A stretch of 64,000 nucleotides of DNA from an uncultured delta proteobacterium (lineage in GTDB: Bacteria > Desulfobacterota > Binatia > Binatales > Binataceae), in the NCBI GenBank assembly GCA_963794325.1, contig CAWCDG010000004.1, positions 864,001 through 928,000 of the forward strand. Reading direction: 5' to 3'. Under the pieces are notes generated by a model, which did not search any database, was not told the DNA's origin, and was given only the letters and a program-made list of their open reading frames with translations. Within the stretch, counting starts at the first letter, position 1, and every line of letters begins with the position of its first letter. Made by a program: the position numbers and the translations under genes. Below are positions 48,686 to 58,406 of the stretch, piece after piece.

Positions 48686-50560
48686 GTGGCGAAGTTCCAT
48701 ATCCCCAGAAGCAATAATCGGCCGGTGCCGCTGCTGGAACCGCGCGTCGTGACCTTGACCGTCATGATGTTCGCGATTCTGGCGGTCGTCGGCGTGCGTC
48801 TCTACTATTTGCAGGTTCTCCATCATCAGGACAACGTCGAGCTCGCCGATCGCAACCGGATTCGGCTCCAGCGCGTGCCCGCGCCGCGCGGACTGGTCTT
48901 CGATCGCAATCATCGCCCGCTGGTCGACACGCGTCCGTCGTTCGATGCGCAAATCGTGCCCGAAGATTCCGACAATCTCTCGCTGACTATCGAACGGCTG
49001 GCGCGCTACACCGGCGCCGATCAGATCGCCGACAAAATTTCCGACGCGGATGAAGCCGGACGCCCGCCCTACGAGCCAATCACCGTCGCCGAGCGTCTCG
49101 GTTGGCAACAAGTCGTGGCGCTCGAGGCGCATCAGCTCGACCTGCCCGGGGTCAGTCTGCAAATCACGCCCGCGCGGCATTATCTCTACGGTCAGCTCGC
49201 CGCGCATCTGCTTGGCTACGTCGGCGAGGTGACGGTGGGCGATCTCAAGGCGCATGCGGACTACCACATGGGCGACGAGATCGGGAAATTCGGCCTCGAG
49301 CGGGTGTGGGAAAGTTTTCTGCGCGGCAACGCGGGAGGGCAGGAGATCGAAGTTGACGCGGTCGGACGCCGGCTCCGCGTGCTCAAGGAAATCGCTGACA
49401 CGCCCGGCGAAAGCCTGGTCATGACTATCGATCTGAATCTCCAGCAGGCCGCGGAGCAGGCGATGGCCGGCAAGAACGGCGCGTTCGTCGCGCTCGATCC
49501 GCGCAACGGCGACGTGCTCGCGATGGTTTCGCATCCGGCTTTCGACCCCGACATTTTTGGCGGCGGCGTAAAAGCGTCGGCGTGGAAAGAGCTGATGACC
49601 GATCCGAATCATCCGCTGCAAAATCGCGTCATCCAGGGAATTTATCCGCCCGGCTCGACCTTCAAAATTGTCGATTCGATTGCGGGATTGGAGGAAGGCA
49701 CGCTCAAGCCCGAGACCGAATACAATTGCCCCGGCGGAATGTGGTTCGGCGGACGCGAGTATCACTGCTGGCGTCATCAGGGCCACGGCACGATCGAGTT
49801 GCACGACGCGATCGTGCGCTCATGCGACGTCTATTTTTACAACGTCGGAGCAAAGCTCGGCGTCGATCGAATCGCGAAGTGGTCCAATCAGATGGGACTC
49901 GGAATCAAGAGCGGCATCGATCTCGATCACGAAAATCCCGGCACCATCCCGTCGTCGGCGTGGAAGCAGAAGCGCTACCATGAGCGATGGTACCCCGCGG
50001 AAACGCTTTCGGTTGCGATCGGACAGGGCTACGTCGCGACGACGCCGCTGCAGATGGCGCAGGTCGCCGCGCAAGTCGCCAACGGCGGCGTCCGCTACAA
50101 ACCGCAATTCGTCAAGTACGTCGAGGGACTCGACGGCAATATCGCCAAGTCGTATCCGCCGATCGTCGAAAATAGAATCAAGATCGATCCCGACGCTCTC
50201 GCGGACGTGAAGGACGCGATGGCCGACGTCGTCAACGGCGCCGGCGGCACCGCGCACAAGGCGCACCTCGACGACGTAGTCGTATGCGGCAAGACCGGCA
50301 CCGCGCAGGTCGTGGGAGACAAGGGTGGCGGTGAGAGCGAGGAAGAAGACAAGAATACGCCCGAGCAGTACAAGGACCATGCATGGTTCATCGCGTTCGC
50401 GCCCAAGGATCATCCGACCATCGCCGCGGCTTGCATCATCGAACACGGCGGCCACGGCGGCAGCGCATCGGCGCCGGTAATTCACGACGTCTTCCAGCGT
50501 TACTTCCAGCTCAACCCGCCGCCGCCCGAACCGAAAATCGCGCAAGTGCTCGATCAATGA
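48686..50560 (+). CDS. mrdA: Penicillin-binding protein 2
   Basis: PAPRGLVFDR, PGSTFK (SxxK), SCDVYFY, KTGTAQ. Confidence 0.95.
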   Translation: MAKFHIPRSNNRPVPLLEPRVVTLTVMMFAILAVVGVRLYYLQVLHHQDNVELADRNRIRLQRVPAPRGLVFDRNHRPLVDTRPSFDAQIVPEDSDNLSLTIERLARYTGADQIADKISDADEAGRPPYEPITVAERLGWQQVVALEAHQLDLPGVSLQITPARHYLYGQLAAHLLGYVGEVTVGDLKAHADYHMGDEIGKFGLERVWESFLRGNAGGQEIEVDAVGRRLRVLKEIADTPGESLVMTIDLNLQQAAEQAMAGKNGAFVALDPRNGDVLAMVSHPAFDPDIFGGGVKASAWKELMTDPNHPLQNRVIQGIYPPGSTFKIVDSIAGLEEGTLKPETEYNCPGGMWFGGREYHCWRHQGHGTIELHDAIVRSCDVYFYNVGAKLGVDRIAKWSNQMGLGIKSGIDLDHENPGTIPSSAWKQKRYHERWYPAETLSVAIGQGYVATTPLQMAQVAAQVANGGVRYKPQFVKYVEGLDGNIAKSYPPIVENRIKIDPDALADVKDAMADVVNGAGGTAHKAHLDDVVVCGKTGTAQVVGDKGGGESEEEDKNTPEQYKDHAWFIAFAPKDHPTIAAACIIEHGGHGGSASAPVIHDVFQRYFQLNPPPPEPKIAQVLDQ

Positions 50561-50576
50561 CAGGAGTGCGGCCCTG

Positions 50577-51680
50577 ATGGCGGCCGGCGATCGCAGATAC
50601 ATACTTCATTTTGATTGGACGCTGTTCATCCTGGTGCTCGCGCTGGCGGGAATCGGTCTGGTCAGCGTCATCAGCGCGTCGTACGGCGGGCATTCGATCA
50701 TCGATCCGCTGGTAATTCGCCAGTTGATCTGGATTGCCGCCGGAACCGCCGCGTTGCTCATCGCAGTGCTCATCGACTATCGCGCACTGCAGGCCTACGC
50801 CTACCCGTTTTACGTGATGGTGGTCGGACTGCTGATCGCAGTGATGGTCGCCGGGCACGCCACCGGCGGATCGCGCCGATGGATTAACCTTGGCTTTTTT
50901 CATCTCGAGCCGTCTGAGCTCGCTAAGCTCGCGGTCGTGCTCGTGATGGTCCGCTATTTGCGCGAGGAGCCGCCCAAAGGCGGATGGGGCCTGCGTCATT
51001 TGATCGTCCCGTTTATCCTGCTCGGCGTTCCCGCGGCGCTGGTGCTCAAGCAGCCCGATCTCGGCACGGGACTGGTGCTCGTGCTGATCACGATTACCCT
51101 GGTTTTCGTAGCCGGGCTCAACTTGCGCACGCTGCTGGTGCTTGCGGTTGCGGCGATGCTCGCGGCTCCGATGAGCTGGCATTATCTCAAGCCGTACCAG
51201 CGGCAGCGCATGGTCAGCTTCATCAATCCGCAGGCCGACCCGCTCGGCTCCGGCTACCACATCATCCAATCTGAAATCGCGATCGGCGCCGGCGGCCCGT
51301 TAGGCAAGGGGTTTCTGAAGGGGACCCAGGCGCGGCTGAATTTTCTGCCGGAGCAGAGCACCGATTTTATTTTCGCGGTGTGGGCAGAGGAGTTTGGTTT
51401 AGCCGGCACTCTGCTGTTGCTGGCGTTGTATGCGAGCGTGATTGCGCGCGGCGCATGGATCGCCAGACACGCGCGCGACCGATTCGGCGCGTTGCTCGCA
51501 GTCGGATTGACCGCGATCGTGTTTTGGCAGGTGGCGGTCAACATCGGGATGGCGACCGGGATGCTGCCGGTAGTGGGAATCACGCTGCCGCTGGTGAGTT
51601 ACGGTGGCTCGTCGCTGATCGCAATGATGGCCGCGATGGGCATTCTCATCAGCATCAACACCCGCCGCTACCTGTTCTGA
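50577..51680 (+). CDS. rodA: Rod shape-determining protein RodA
   Basis: EPSELAK, KQPDLGT, TDFIF, GITLPLVSYGGSS. Confidence 0.95.
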   Translation: MAAGDRRYILHFDWTLFILVLALAGIGLVSVISASYGGHSIIDPLVIRQLIWIAAGTAALLIAVLIDYRALQAYAYPFYVMVVGLLIAVMVAGHATGGSRRWINLGFFHLEPSELAKLAVVLVMVRYLREEPPKGGWGLRHLIVPFILLGVPAALVLKQPDLGTGLVLVLITITLVFVAGLNLRTLLVLAVAAMLAAPMSWHYLKPYQRQRMVSFINPQADPLGSGYHIIQSEIAIGAGGPLGKGFLKGTQARLNFLPEQSTDFIFAVWAEEFGLAGTLLLLALYASVIARGAWIARHARDRFGALLAVGLTAIVFWQVAVNIGMATGMLPVVGITLPLVSYGGSSLIAMMAAMGILISINTRRYLF

Positions 51681-51703
51681 GTTTCTCTGACGAGGTGATT
51701 CAC

Positions 51704-51949
51704 GTGGCTAACAAAAAAAAATCCACCGATCCGCTTGATGTGGAAATCGTCGAAGTTCAGCGGCGCTTCGTCGACCTGATGGAAAACGTCAGGCTGGAAA
51801 CAATGAGTCCCGAGATGAAGCAGCACTACCTGACGGTGATGAAAGCGTTGACCGAAAAGCTCGCGATGCCGAGCAAGCCGCTGCACGAAATCCTCGGCGA
51901 GATGATGGCCGAAGCCGGCCCAATGATCTTCCAAGCCATGCAGCGCTAG
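51704..51949 (+). CDS. Small Met-rich hypothetical protein
   Basis: GAGGTG SD and GTG start, 81 aa, host-like codons. Confidence 0.65.
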   Translation: MANKKKSTDPLDVEIVEVQRRFVDLMENVRLETMSPEMKQHYLTVMKALTEKLAMPSKPLHEILGEMMAEAGPMIFQAMQR

Positions 51950-51993
51950 CGCTACGTTACAATAAGCTGATCAACTCCGGATGGAGGCGAGAT

Positions 51994-52359
51994 ATGGCTA
52001 TTACGCTGAATCACACGATCGTGCCGGCGCGTGACAAGGAGGCGTCGGCAAAGTTTTTCGCGCAGATGTTTGGCCTCAAATACGAGGGCGCGATGGGTCA
52101 TTTTGCGCCGGTCAGAATCAACGACACGCTGACGCTCGATTTCGACAACTGGGATCATTTCGAGATGCACCACTATGCTTTCCAAGTCGGCGACGCGGAG
52201 TTCGACGCGATCTTCGGCCGAATCAAAGAGGCCGGCATCACGTATGGCAGCGGTCCGTTCTCGCAAGAAGATATGCGGATCAACACTCGGCGCGGCGGGC
52301 GCGGCGTCTACTTCAAGGATCCCAACGGCCACGTCCTGGAGCTTCTCACCCGAGCCTGA
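51994..52359 (+). CDS. VOC/glyoxalase family protein
   Basis: LNHTIVPARDK...HYAF...GGRGVYFKDPNGHVLE. Confidence 0.9.
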   Translation: MAITLNHTIVPARDKEASAKFFAQMFGLKYEGAMGHFAPVRINDTLTLDFDNWDHFEMHHYAFQVGDAEFDAIFGRIKEAGITYGSGPFSQEDMRINTRRGGRGVYFKDPNGHVLELLTRA

Positions 52360-52391
52360 TCGCTGAACGCTTCCAGGGGATGCAGCGCTAA

Positions 52392-53428
52392 CTACGGAAG
52401 GATCGATACACCCGCCTGTTTGAGCGCGGCGGCGAGGCGTGCAGCCTCGTCGGCTTTGTCATGGTCGTCGCGAATCTGCTCGTAGCGGCTCCAGACTCGC
52501 TGCTTCTCGTATTCGTTGTTCGGGCCGCCGCGATCGAGAATTTCGGTAGCCACGCGCGCGAAATACGCGCCCCAATCCGGCTGCCGACCATCTGAGTCGC
52601 GGAACCCGTACTCTCGCGCGAGCGTCCAACTTGAGCAAACCTTCCCGGCTTTGATCGCGACGTTCGGGTCCGTGGCAAGCGCGACGACGGCGCGCCCGAC
52701 ATAGGCCGGCGTCTCCGACTCGGCAAAATCGGGATTCTTCGCGACCGCGTCGCGCCAGTTTGCTTCGGTCACGCCGAACCCATCGAGCATCGCTTCCGAT
52801 CTGAGGAACCCCGGCGTCAGCGCCAGCGCAACGACGTTGTGTCTGCTAAGCTCGGCGGCCATCGCATACGCGAGCCGGATCGTCGAGATTTTCGCGAGGT
52901 CGTAGAACAGGTTACCGCGATAGTCGAGATGCATCCCGTCGGTGATTTCGATGAGCAGTCCCGATTTCTGCCGCACCATCAGCGGCGCGCCGAAGCGAGC
53001 GGTCAGAATATGCGTTTGTACCGCCAAGCTCCTGCATCTTGAGGCCTTTGGCGAGATCGAGTTTCCAAAATGGCTTGCCCCACTCGCTCAACTCGTCGCC
53101 ACCCCAGATGTCGTTGACTAGAATATCGAGCCGATCGAAATCCCGCTCGACTCGTTCGAACAGCGCGCTGAACCTCGTCCCCAATCGTGTGATCGACTCG
53201 AATCGCGACTCCGACCCCACCCGCCGCAGTGACCAGCTCGGCCGTCTCCTCGATCGTCTCGGGCCTGCCCGCAGTCGCAGGATTCCCGCGCGTGCTGCGC
53301 CCCGTGCAAACAACCGTGGCGCCCGCATCTCCAAGCATCGTGGCGATGCCGCGTCCAGCCCCGCGCGTCGCTCCGGCGACGACCGCGATTTTCCCAGCAA
53401 GCCATTTCTTGGTGTCGGTGGTGCCCAT
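52392..53428 (-). pseudogene. SDR oxidoreductase interrupted by two +1 frameshifts
   Basis: Three frames join into one SDR (AGATRGAGRGIA / LDILVNDIWGG / FYDLAK, TPGFLRSEAM). Extra bases at 53171-53172 and 53026-53027. Confidence 0.8.
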
Positions 53429-53490
53429 GCGGCGATTCTTAGAATATGCGGAACCGCGGGAGCAACCGCCAACGAAAATGAATCCCGTCG

Positions 53491-53520
53491 AAAAAAAGGC
53501 GGCTCCGATGAACCGCCTCT
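53491..53520 (-). terminator. Intrinsic terminator after the ACAD gene
   Basis: Minus strand AGGCGGTTC-atcg-GAGCCGCCT running into a T7 tract. Confidence 0.75.
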
Positions 53521-53545
53521 TTGGGTGCACACGATTTCTTGATTC

Positions 53546-54733
53546 TCAGCCCTTGGGCAGTTGAAGGATGCGCTCGCCGATCATATTTTTCTGCACCGGC
53601 GACGTGCCGCCTGCGATCGTCATCGACTCCGAGGCGAGCACTCGGCGCATCCAGTCACCGTCAGGCGCGAACGGCGTGTGGCGCTCGAGCAGCGCGTACT
53701 CGCCAAGCAGGCGCGTGATGAACTTGGTCATCCGCTGGCCCAGGTCAGTCGAGAGCAGCTTGGAGATCGACGCTTCGGGTCCCGGCTGCTGACCCTTGAG
53801 GCGCTTCGACAGACTGCGCAGCCCGTTGTATTTCTTCGCGGTCGCTTCGATTGCGAACTGCGCGATTTGCTGGCGGATGTCGTTGTCCTCGATCGCGGGG
53901 CGTCCGTTCAGCTGCACCGACTTGGCGATCTGGACGAGCTGATGCAGCAACTGTTCGGTGCCGCCGAGCGTCTCGCCGATTCCGAATCGCTCGTGCATCA
54001 GGGTCGAGACGAGGACCTGCCATCCCATATTCATCGGGCCGAGCAGATTTTCCTTGGGCACGCGCACGTCTTCGAAAAAGATTTCGTTGAATTCACTGTC
54101 GCCGGTGATTTGCTTGAGCGGACGGACGGTCACCCCAGGCGCCTTCATATCGACCAGCAACGCGCTCATCCCCTTGTGCTTGGGCACGTCGGGATCGGTG
54201 CGCACGAAAAGCTGCACGAAGTCCGATCGATGCGCGATCGTGGTCCAGACCTTCTGGCCGTTGACGACGAACTCGTCGCCCTTGAGCTCCGCGCGGCACT
54301 GGATCGACGCGAGGTCCGAGCCCGCGCCCGGCTCCGACATCCCCTCGCACCAAATCTCGTCGCCCGCGAGGATCGGATTCAGGTATCGCTTCTTCTGCTC
54401 GTCGGTGCCCCATTGCATGATCGCGGGACCGGTCATGATGACGCCGAGCACGTTGCATCCCATCGGCAGGTTGAGGCGTCCCATTTCCTGCTGAAAGATA
54501 ACCTGCTCGATGAACGTGGCGCCGCGGCCGCCGTATTCCTTCGGCCAGGTCAGACCCGCCCATCCGGCGTGATAAAGCTTTTTGTGCCACGCCTTCAGGC
54601 GCTCCCAGGCACCATCGTCGCCACCGGCCTCGGGATCGTCGCCTCGCGCGAGAGATTGCGGACGATTGGCCTCGAGCCATTTCCGCACGTCCATCCGATA
54701 GGCGTCTTGCTCAGCGCTCCACGTAAAATCCAT
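53546..54733 (-). CDS. Acyl-CoA dehydrogenase
   Basis: WPKEYGGRG, SEPGAGSDLAS, NGQKVWTT, EFNEIFFEDVRVP, TIAGGTS. Confidence 0.93.
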   Translation of the reverse strand: MDFTWSAEQDAYRMDVRKWLEANRPQSLARGDDPEAGGDDGAWERLKAWHKKLYHAGWAGLTWPKEYGGRGATFIEQVIFQQEMGRLNLPMGCNVLGVIMTGPAIMQWGTDEQKKRYLNPILAGDEIWCEGMSEPGAGSDLASIQCRAELKGDEFVVNGQKVWTTIAHRSDFVQLFVRTDPDVPKHKGMSALLVDMKAPGVTVRPLKQITGDSEFNEIFFEDVRVPKENLLGPMNMGWQVLVSTLMHERFGIGETLGGTEQLLHQLVQIAKSVQLNGRPAIEDNDIRQQIAQFAIEATAKKYNGLRSLSKRLKGQQPGPEASISKLLSTDLGQRMTKFITRLLGEYALLERHTPFAPDGDWMRRVLASESMTIAGGTSPVQKNMIGERILQLPKG

Positions 54734-54857
54734 CTTTTTTAGAACTCCTCTATCAGTACTCGGAGCATCGCGCCCCGTCACGTCAAGGCGATCGATGCGG
54801 TAGCATCTCTTGAGTACCGCCCATTCGGACCACGGGGCAAGAGCCGCGCGATACCGT

Positions 54858-55307
54858 TCAGTTGCCGCGTTCTGGCGGGGCGCCCTCGGGCGCGAACTCG
54901 ACCTTTTGACCCGCGAAGATTGCCTCGAACGACAGTTGGGCCGTCGAAGTGCCGGCGGTCACCACGATTCCGTATGTGCCCGGATGCGGCAGCGACATAT
55001 TGATGTTGATCGCGACGGGAATTTTCACCGACGCCGTTTTGGGAACGTCGGGAGCGGGCTGCCCGGTTTCGACCTGGCCTTTCATTTCGGGGACAATCGG
55101 AACTCCGCTCTCGTCGGCAATCGCAACGTTCAGCGGATACTTCATCCCGACTTCATTGGTGTTGAACCCAAGGCCGATCGCGACCGCAAATTGAACCGGC
55201 GCCGGATAGCTCGCCGACCGAAACAGGTTCCATCCGCCGCCCAGCACAAAAACTTTACCGCCAACCGCCTGGGCCGCATCGGCCAGCAAAGCGAATTCGA
55301 TTTTCAT
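54858..55307 (-). CDS. DUF6941-like hypothetical protein
   Basis: ALLADAAQAVGGKVFVLGGGW...PGTY. Confidence 0.7.
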   Translation of the reverse strand: MKIEFALLADAAQAVGGKVFVLGGGWNLFRSASYPAPVQFAVAIGLGFNTNEVGMKYPLNVAIADESGVPIVPEMKGQVETGQPAPDVPKTASVKIPVAININMSLPHPGTYGIVVTAGTSTAQLSFEAIFAGQKVEFAPEGAPPERGN

Positions 55308-55361
55308 ATTTTTTTACCCTCTATGCGCGAGCTTCATAGCAATACGCCGACGTAGCCGGTG

Positions 55362-56672
55362 TCAACTGGCCGCATGCGCCAGCTCTGATTCGGCGGCGGA
55401 CTGCGCGTTAAGGATGCGGACGATATTCTGCGCCATGAAGCTGCCCAGCAGCTTCTCGCGCGCGGTGGGATCGAGCTTGCGCGCCTGACGACTGACCTCG
55501 GCGCATCGCTCAAGCATCGCCGCCTCGAGCTGTCGGAAATGCTTCCATGCGATAGGCGCCATTCGCTCCGGCGCAATAGCGACAAGGTCCTGAATTTTTC
55601 TGAATCGCCACCATGGCGAATCCGCGGAAGGTTTCTCGCCGCCGGCAGCGAGAACCGGCGGCAGCGTCCCGCCCACGAATAGTGGAAACGCGATCGAAGT
55701 GCACGGCGCCGCGAGCGACGCCCACATCACCGGCAGCATGTCGGCATCGGGCGCATGCAGCTCCGCGACCATGCTCGCCGTCGTGCCGGAGATCGAGCCG
55801 TGCATGCATAACGTCGGAGAGTCGTCGCGCGTCTTTGGATCTCCAGTGGGAGGCATCTCGCCGCGCCCGCCGTGATCGCGCAGTATCGCGAGCATCTCGC
55901 GAATAGTGCGGCGGCCGTTTCGCGCAACGAGTTCCCGGCTACGCGCCAGGCGCCCACGCGCATGCAGCGGATCGCTCTTGTCCTTGCCCGCATTGCGGCT
56001 CGAATACGCAGCCGCAAAGTCAAACGGCGATTCACCGTCGCACCATCCTCGAGCATGCGCAAAGCTCTCGACGTCAGGCGAACCGAGCCTGCCGCCCGCG
56101 ATCGTCAATCGATTCGAGATGCACGCGCGCTCCTCGACGCGTCGCGCGATCCATTGACGTCCCGAGCTTTCGAGCACGTACGCATCGGCATGATCGGCAA
56201 CGATGAATCCGCCGCAATAGCGAAAATCAACGTCGTACTGCCCGGAACCGCCCTGCCCGTAACGCTCGATCATCTCGCCGATAATTTCGGTCGCCTCGCG
56301 CGCAGTTTTCGACCGCTCGAGTCCGAGCCGCACCAGATCCATCCCGAGCAATCCCGTCGCCGGGAGCGTCTCGCGCGTGAGCACCGCTTCGTTGCCGATC
56401 GCTACGCCGTACTCGTTGAGACCATGCTCGAAACCCCACAGCCAGAATGGACGCGATCCAATCACCGCGGCGGTCTCGTCAACTTGCGGTATCTCCAGGT
56501 ACTGGCAGTGCACCGTCGCGCCCTTCGGATGGACGCGATGCGCCAACTGGGCGAGCTGCTGGCATTCGTAGGGCGAGCGGTCGGAGTTCTTGGCAAGGAT
56601 GGTCGCGCCGTTGCGCGTATGCGGCGCGAGCACGACCATGGTATCGCAGGAAGGGAGTGGGGAGACAGTCAT
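55362..56672 (-). CDS. C69 family dipeptidase / secernin-like Ntn hydrolase
   Basis: SCDTMV nucleophile, AKNSDR, WGFEHGLNEYGVAIGNEAV, GMDLVRLGLER. The ORF-track start lies inside a repeat. Confidence 0.88.
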   Translation of the reverse strand: MTVSPLPSCDTMVVLAPHTRNGATILAKNSDRSPYECQQLAQLAHRVHPKGATVHCQYLEIPQVDETAAVIGSRPFWLWGFEHGLNEYGVAIGNEAVLTRETLPATGLLGMDLVRLGLERSKTAREATEIIGEMIERYGQGGSGQYDVDFRYCGGFIVADHADAYVLESSGRQWIARRVEERACISNRLTIAGGRLGSPDVESFAHARGWCDGESPFDFAAAYSSRNAGKDKSDPLHARGRLARSRELVARNGRRTIREMLAILRDHGGRGEMPPTGDPKTRDDSPTLCMHGSISGTTASMVAELHAPDADMLPVMWASLAAPCTSIAFPLFVGGTLPPVLAAGGEKPSADSPWWRFRKIQDLVAIAPERMAPIAWKHFRQLEAAMLERCAEVSRQARKLDPTAREKLLGSFMAQNIVRILNAQSAAESELAHAAS

Positions 56673-56688
56673 AAAGGAACTTGATTGT

Positions 56689-56755
56689 ATGTGAAACCCG
56701 CGGTGGGTTTCATCTTTCACTGCTTCCTTCGGCAGGGGTGACCCCTGCACCCAGT
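56689..56755. repeat. ATGTGAAACCCG hairpin followed by an R2 copy
   Basis: TCGGCAGGGGTGACCCCTGCACCCA is identical to 29546-29570. Confidence 0.75.
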
Positions 56756-56811
56756 GAAAAACGCTAATCGCGAAATGTTGAGGACAACCTTTCGCTCTCA
56801 GTGGCGGGATT

Positions 56812-56893
56812 TTGGTGGCACAGGCTTTAGCCTGTGATTCTTTCCTGGATTTGCGTGGACCAGAAAATCACAGGCTAAAGCCTGTGCCACCAA
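56812..56893. repeat. GTGG-type REP doublet, R4
   Basis: TTGGTGGCACAGGCTTTAGCCTGTGATT ... AATCACAGGCTAAAGCCTGTGCCACCAA. Confidence 0.85.
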
Positions 56894-56969
56894 TTCCAGC
56901 GGCTGGCCGCATCGCGGCCAGCGGTGAGGGTTCTGCGGTTCAAGATGAAAGTTGTGCTAAACCACCTCG

Positions 56970-57698
56970 ATGCTGCGTAGTAGCCCATTCTCATACGTCT
57001 GCAATGCTTGCGGGCGTTGTTGCCACAACAAAGTAATCACGCTGTCGCCGTATGACCTGTTGCAGCTGGCGCGAGCGGCGGGAATTTCGACGCGGGAGGC
57101 GATCGATCGTTTTACGATTCGGCGAGGATCGATTCTCAATTTCACCGATGACGGCGCTTGCGTAGCGCTCGAAGGTACGCGCTGCGGGGTCCATCGCGGA
57201 CGCCCGCTCGCTTGCAGATTCTATCCGCTTGGAATCGAACGCATCGAAGATTCGGGTGGTGAGAAATTCGTGATGCTCGAACCTGCGGTAGGATCGCTTG
57301 GCGCTTATAGCGTCGATGGCGATGTCGATCACTTCCTCGCGGCGCAGGGCGTTGGCGAATATCTCGCCGCGAATGCGCGCTATGCATCGTTGCTCGCACC
57401 CTTTCGCGAGCGTGTCGCGGCGACCGTCGATTTCGATCGGGTCGAGCCGCGCGAGTTCTGGCGTCGCGCCGTGCGCGAAGCGCTTGCCGAGTCGAACTAC
57501 GACGCAAATCCTCTGATTGACGCGATGTTCGATGCAAGCGCAATCGTTTTCGTTGGCATCGACAATGCCGAGATCGTCGAGGCGCAGGTTGAACGGCTCG
57601 CGCAGATGATTCGCCGCGAATCGAATGCCGAGACGCTCGCGGCGGCCGCGGTGATGCTCGCTGTTAGTTTGGGGTACTCGCCGCGCGAAGTGCAGTGA
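56970..57698 (+). CDS. YkgJ-family CxxCxxCC cysteine-cluster protein
   Basis: CNACGRCC...CVAL...CGVH..RPLACRFYP. Confidence 0.88.
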   Translation: MLRSSPFSYVCNACGRCCHNKVITLSPYDLLQLARAAGISTREAIDRFTIRRGSILNFTDDGACVALEGTRCGVHRGRPLACRFYPLGIERIEDSGGEKFVMLEPAVGSLGAYSVDGDVDHFLAAQGVGEYLAANARYASLLAPFRERVAATVDFDRVEPREFWRRAVREALAESNYDANPLIDAMFDASAIVFVGIDNAEIVEAQVERLAQMIRRESNAETLAAAAVMLAVSLGYSPREVQ

Positions 57699-57705
57699 AC
57701 TTCGG

Positions 57706-58296
57706 CTAGTTCGCGGCCGGAGTCGCGGGAGCGGCTGGCGCCGCAGGGGCGGCGTTGGCCACGCCGAGATCGTTCAGGATTTCTATCGCATGGGTGGATG
57801 GATCGACGTTCGGATAGACTTTGATGATCTTGCCGTTCTCGTCGATGACGTAGGTGATTCGGCGATCGAGTCCCAGGATTGGAATACCGTTCGCGGCGCC
57901 GTAGGCCTTTGCGATCTTCTTGTCGGGATCGAGCAGCAGCGGGAACGGCAGACTGTTTTTGCGGATGAAATCCTTGTGCGCGTCGGCCGAATCGACGCTG
58001 CATCCGAGCACTACCAGGCCGGCATTCGTGAAGCGTGAGTAGCCGTCGCGAAACGCGCACGCCTCTTTGGTGCATCCCGAGGTCTCATCCTTGGGATAGA
58101 AATAGAGGACGACCTTTTTGCTGTGGAAGTCGGCGAGTGACATCGGAGCTTCCTGCTCGCCGGTGATCATTTGAGTGCTGAACGGCGGCGCGATCTGTCC
58201 TTCCTTGAGGAGCTCGGCGCGCGCGAGTCGCGGGCCTATCGCGACTGCGAGCATGATAACTGCGATGGCGATTAATCCGATGCTGAGCATTTTCAT
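57706..58296 (-). CDS. Peroxiredoxin BCP/PrxQ with signal peptide
   Basis: YFYPKDETSGCTKEACAFRD; N-terminal signal ending ARA. Confidence 0.9.
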   Translation of the reverse strand: MKMLSIGLIAIAVIMLAVAIGPRLARAELLKEGQIAPPFSTQMITGEQEAPMSLADFHSKKVVLYFYPKDETSGCTKEACAFRDGYSRFTNAGLVVLGCSVDSADAHKDFIRKNSLPFPLLLDPDKKIAKAYGAANGIPILGLDRRITYVIDENGKIIKVYPNVDPSTHAIEILNDLGVANAAPAAPAAPATPAAN

Positions 58297-58352
58297 TTTG
58301 GGTCTCCCCGTTCCGGGGTTAACTGCGGGCGCATTGTGAAAGTTCCCGGCAA

Positions 58353-58389
58353 CCTAACCCCTAACCCCTTCCCTCGAGGGAAGGGGAAC
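58353..58389. repeat. R1 hairpin repeat
   Basis: CCTAACCCCTAACCCCTTCCCTCGAGGGAAGGGGAAC. Confidence 0.85.
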
Positions 58390-58406
58390 AATCGCAGGAA
58401 GAGAGA

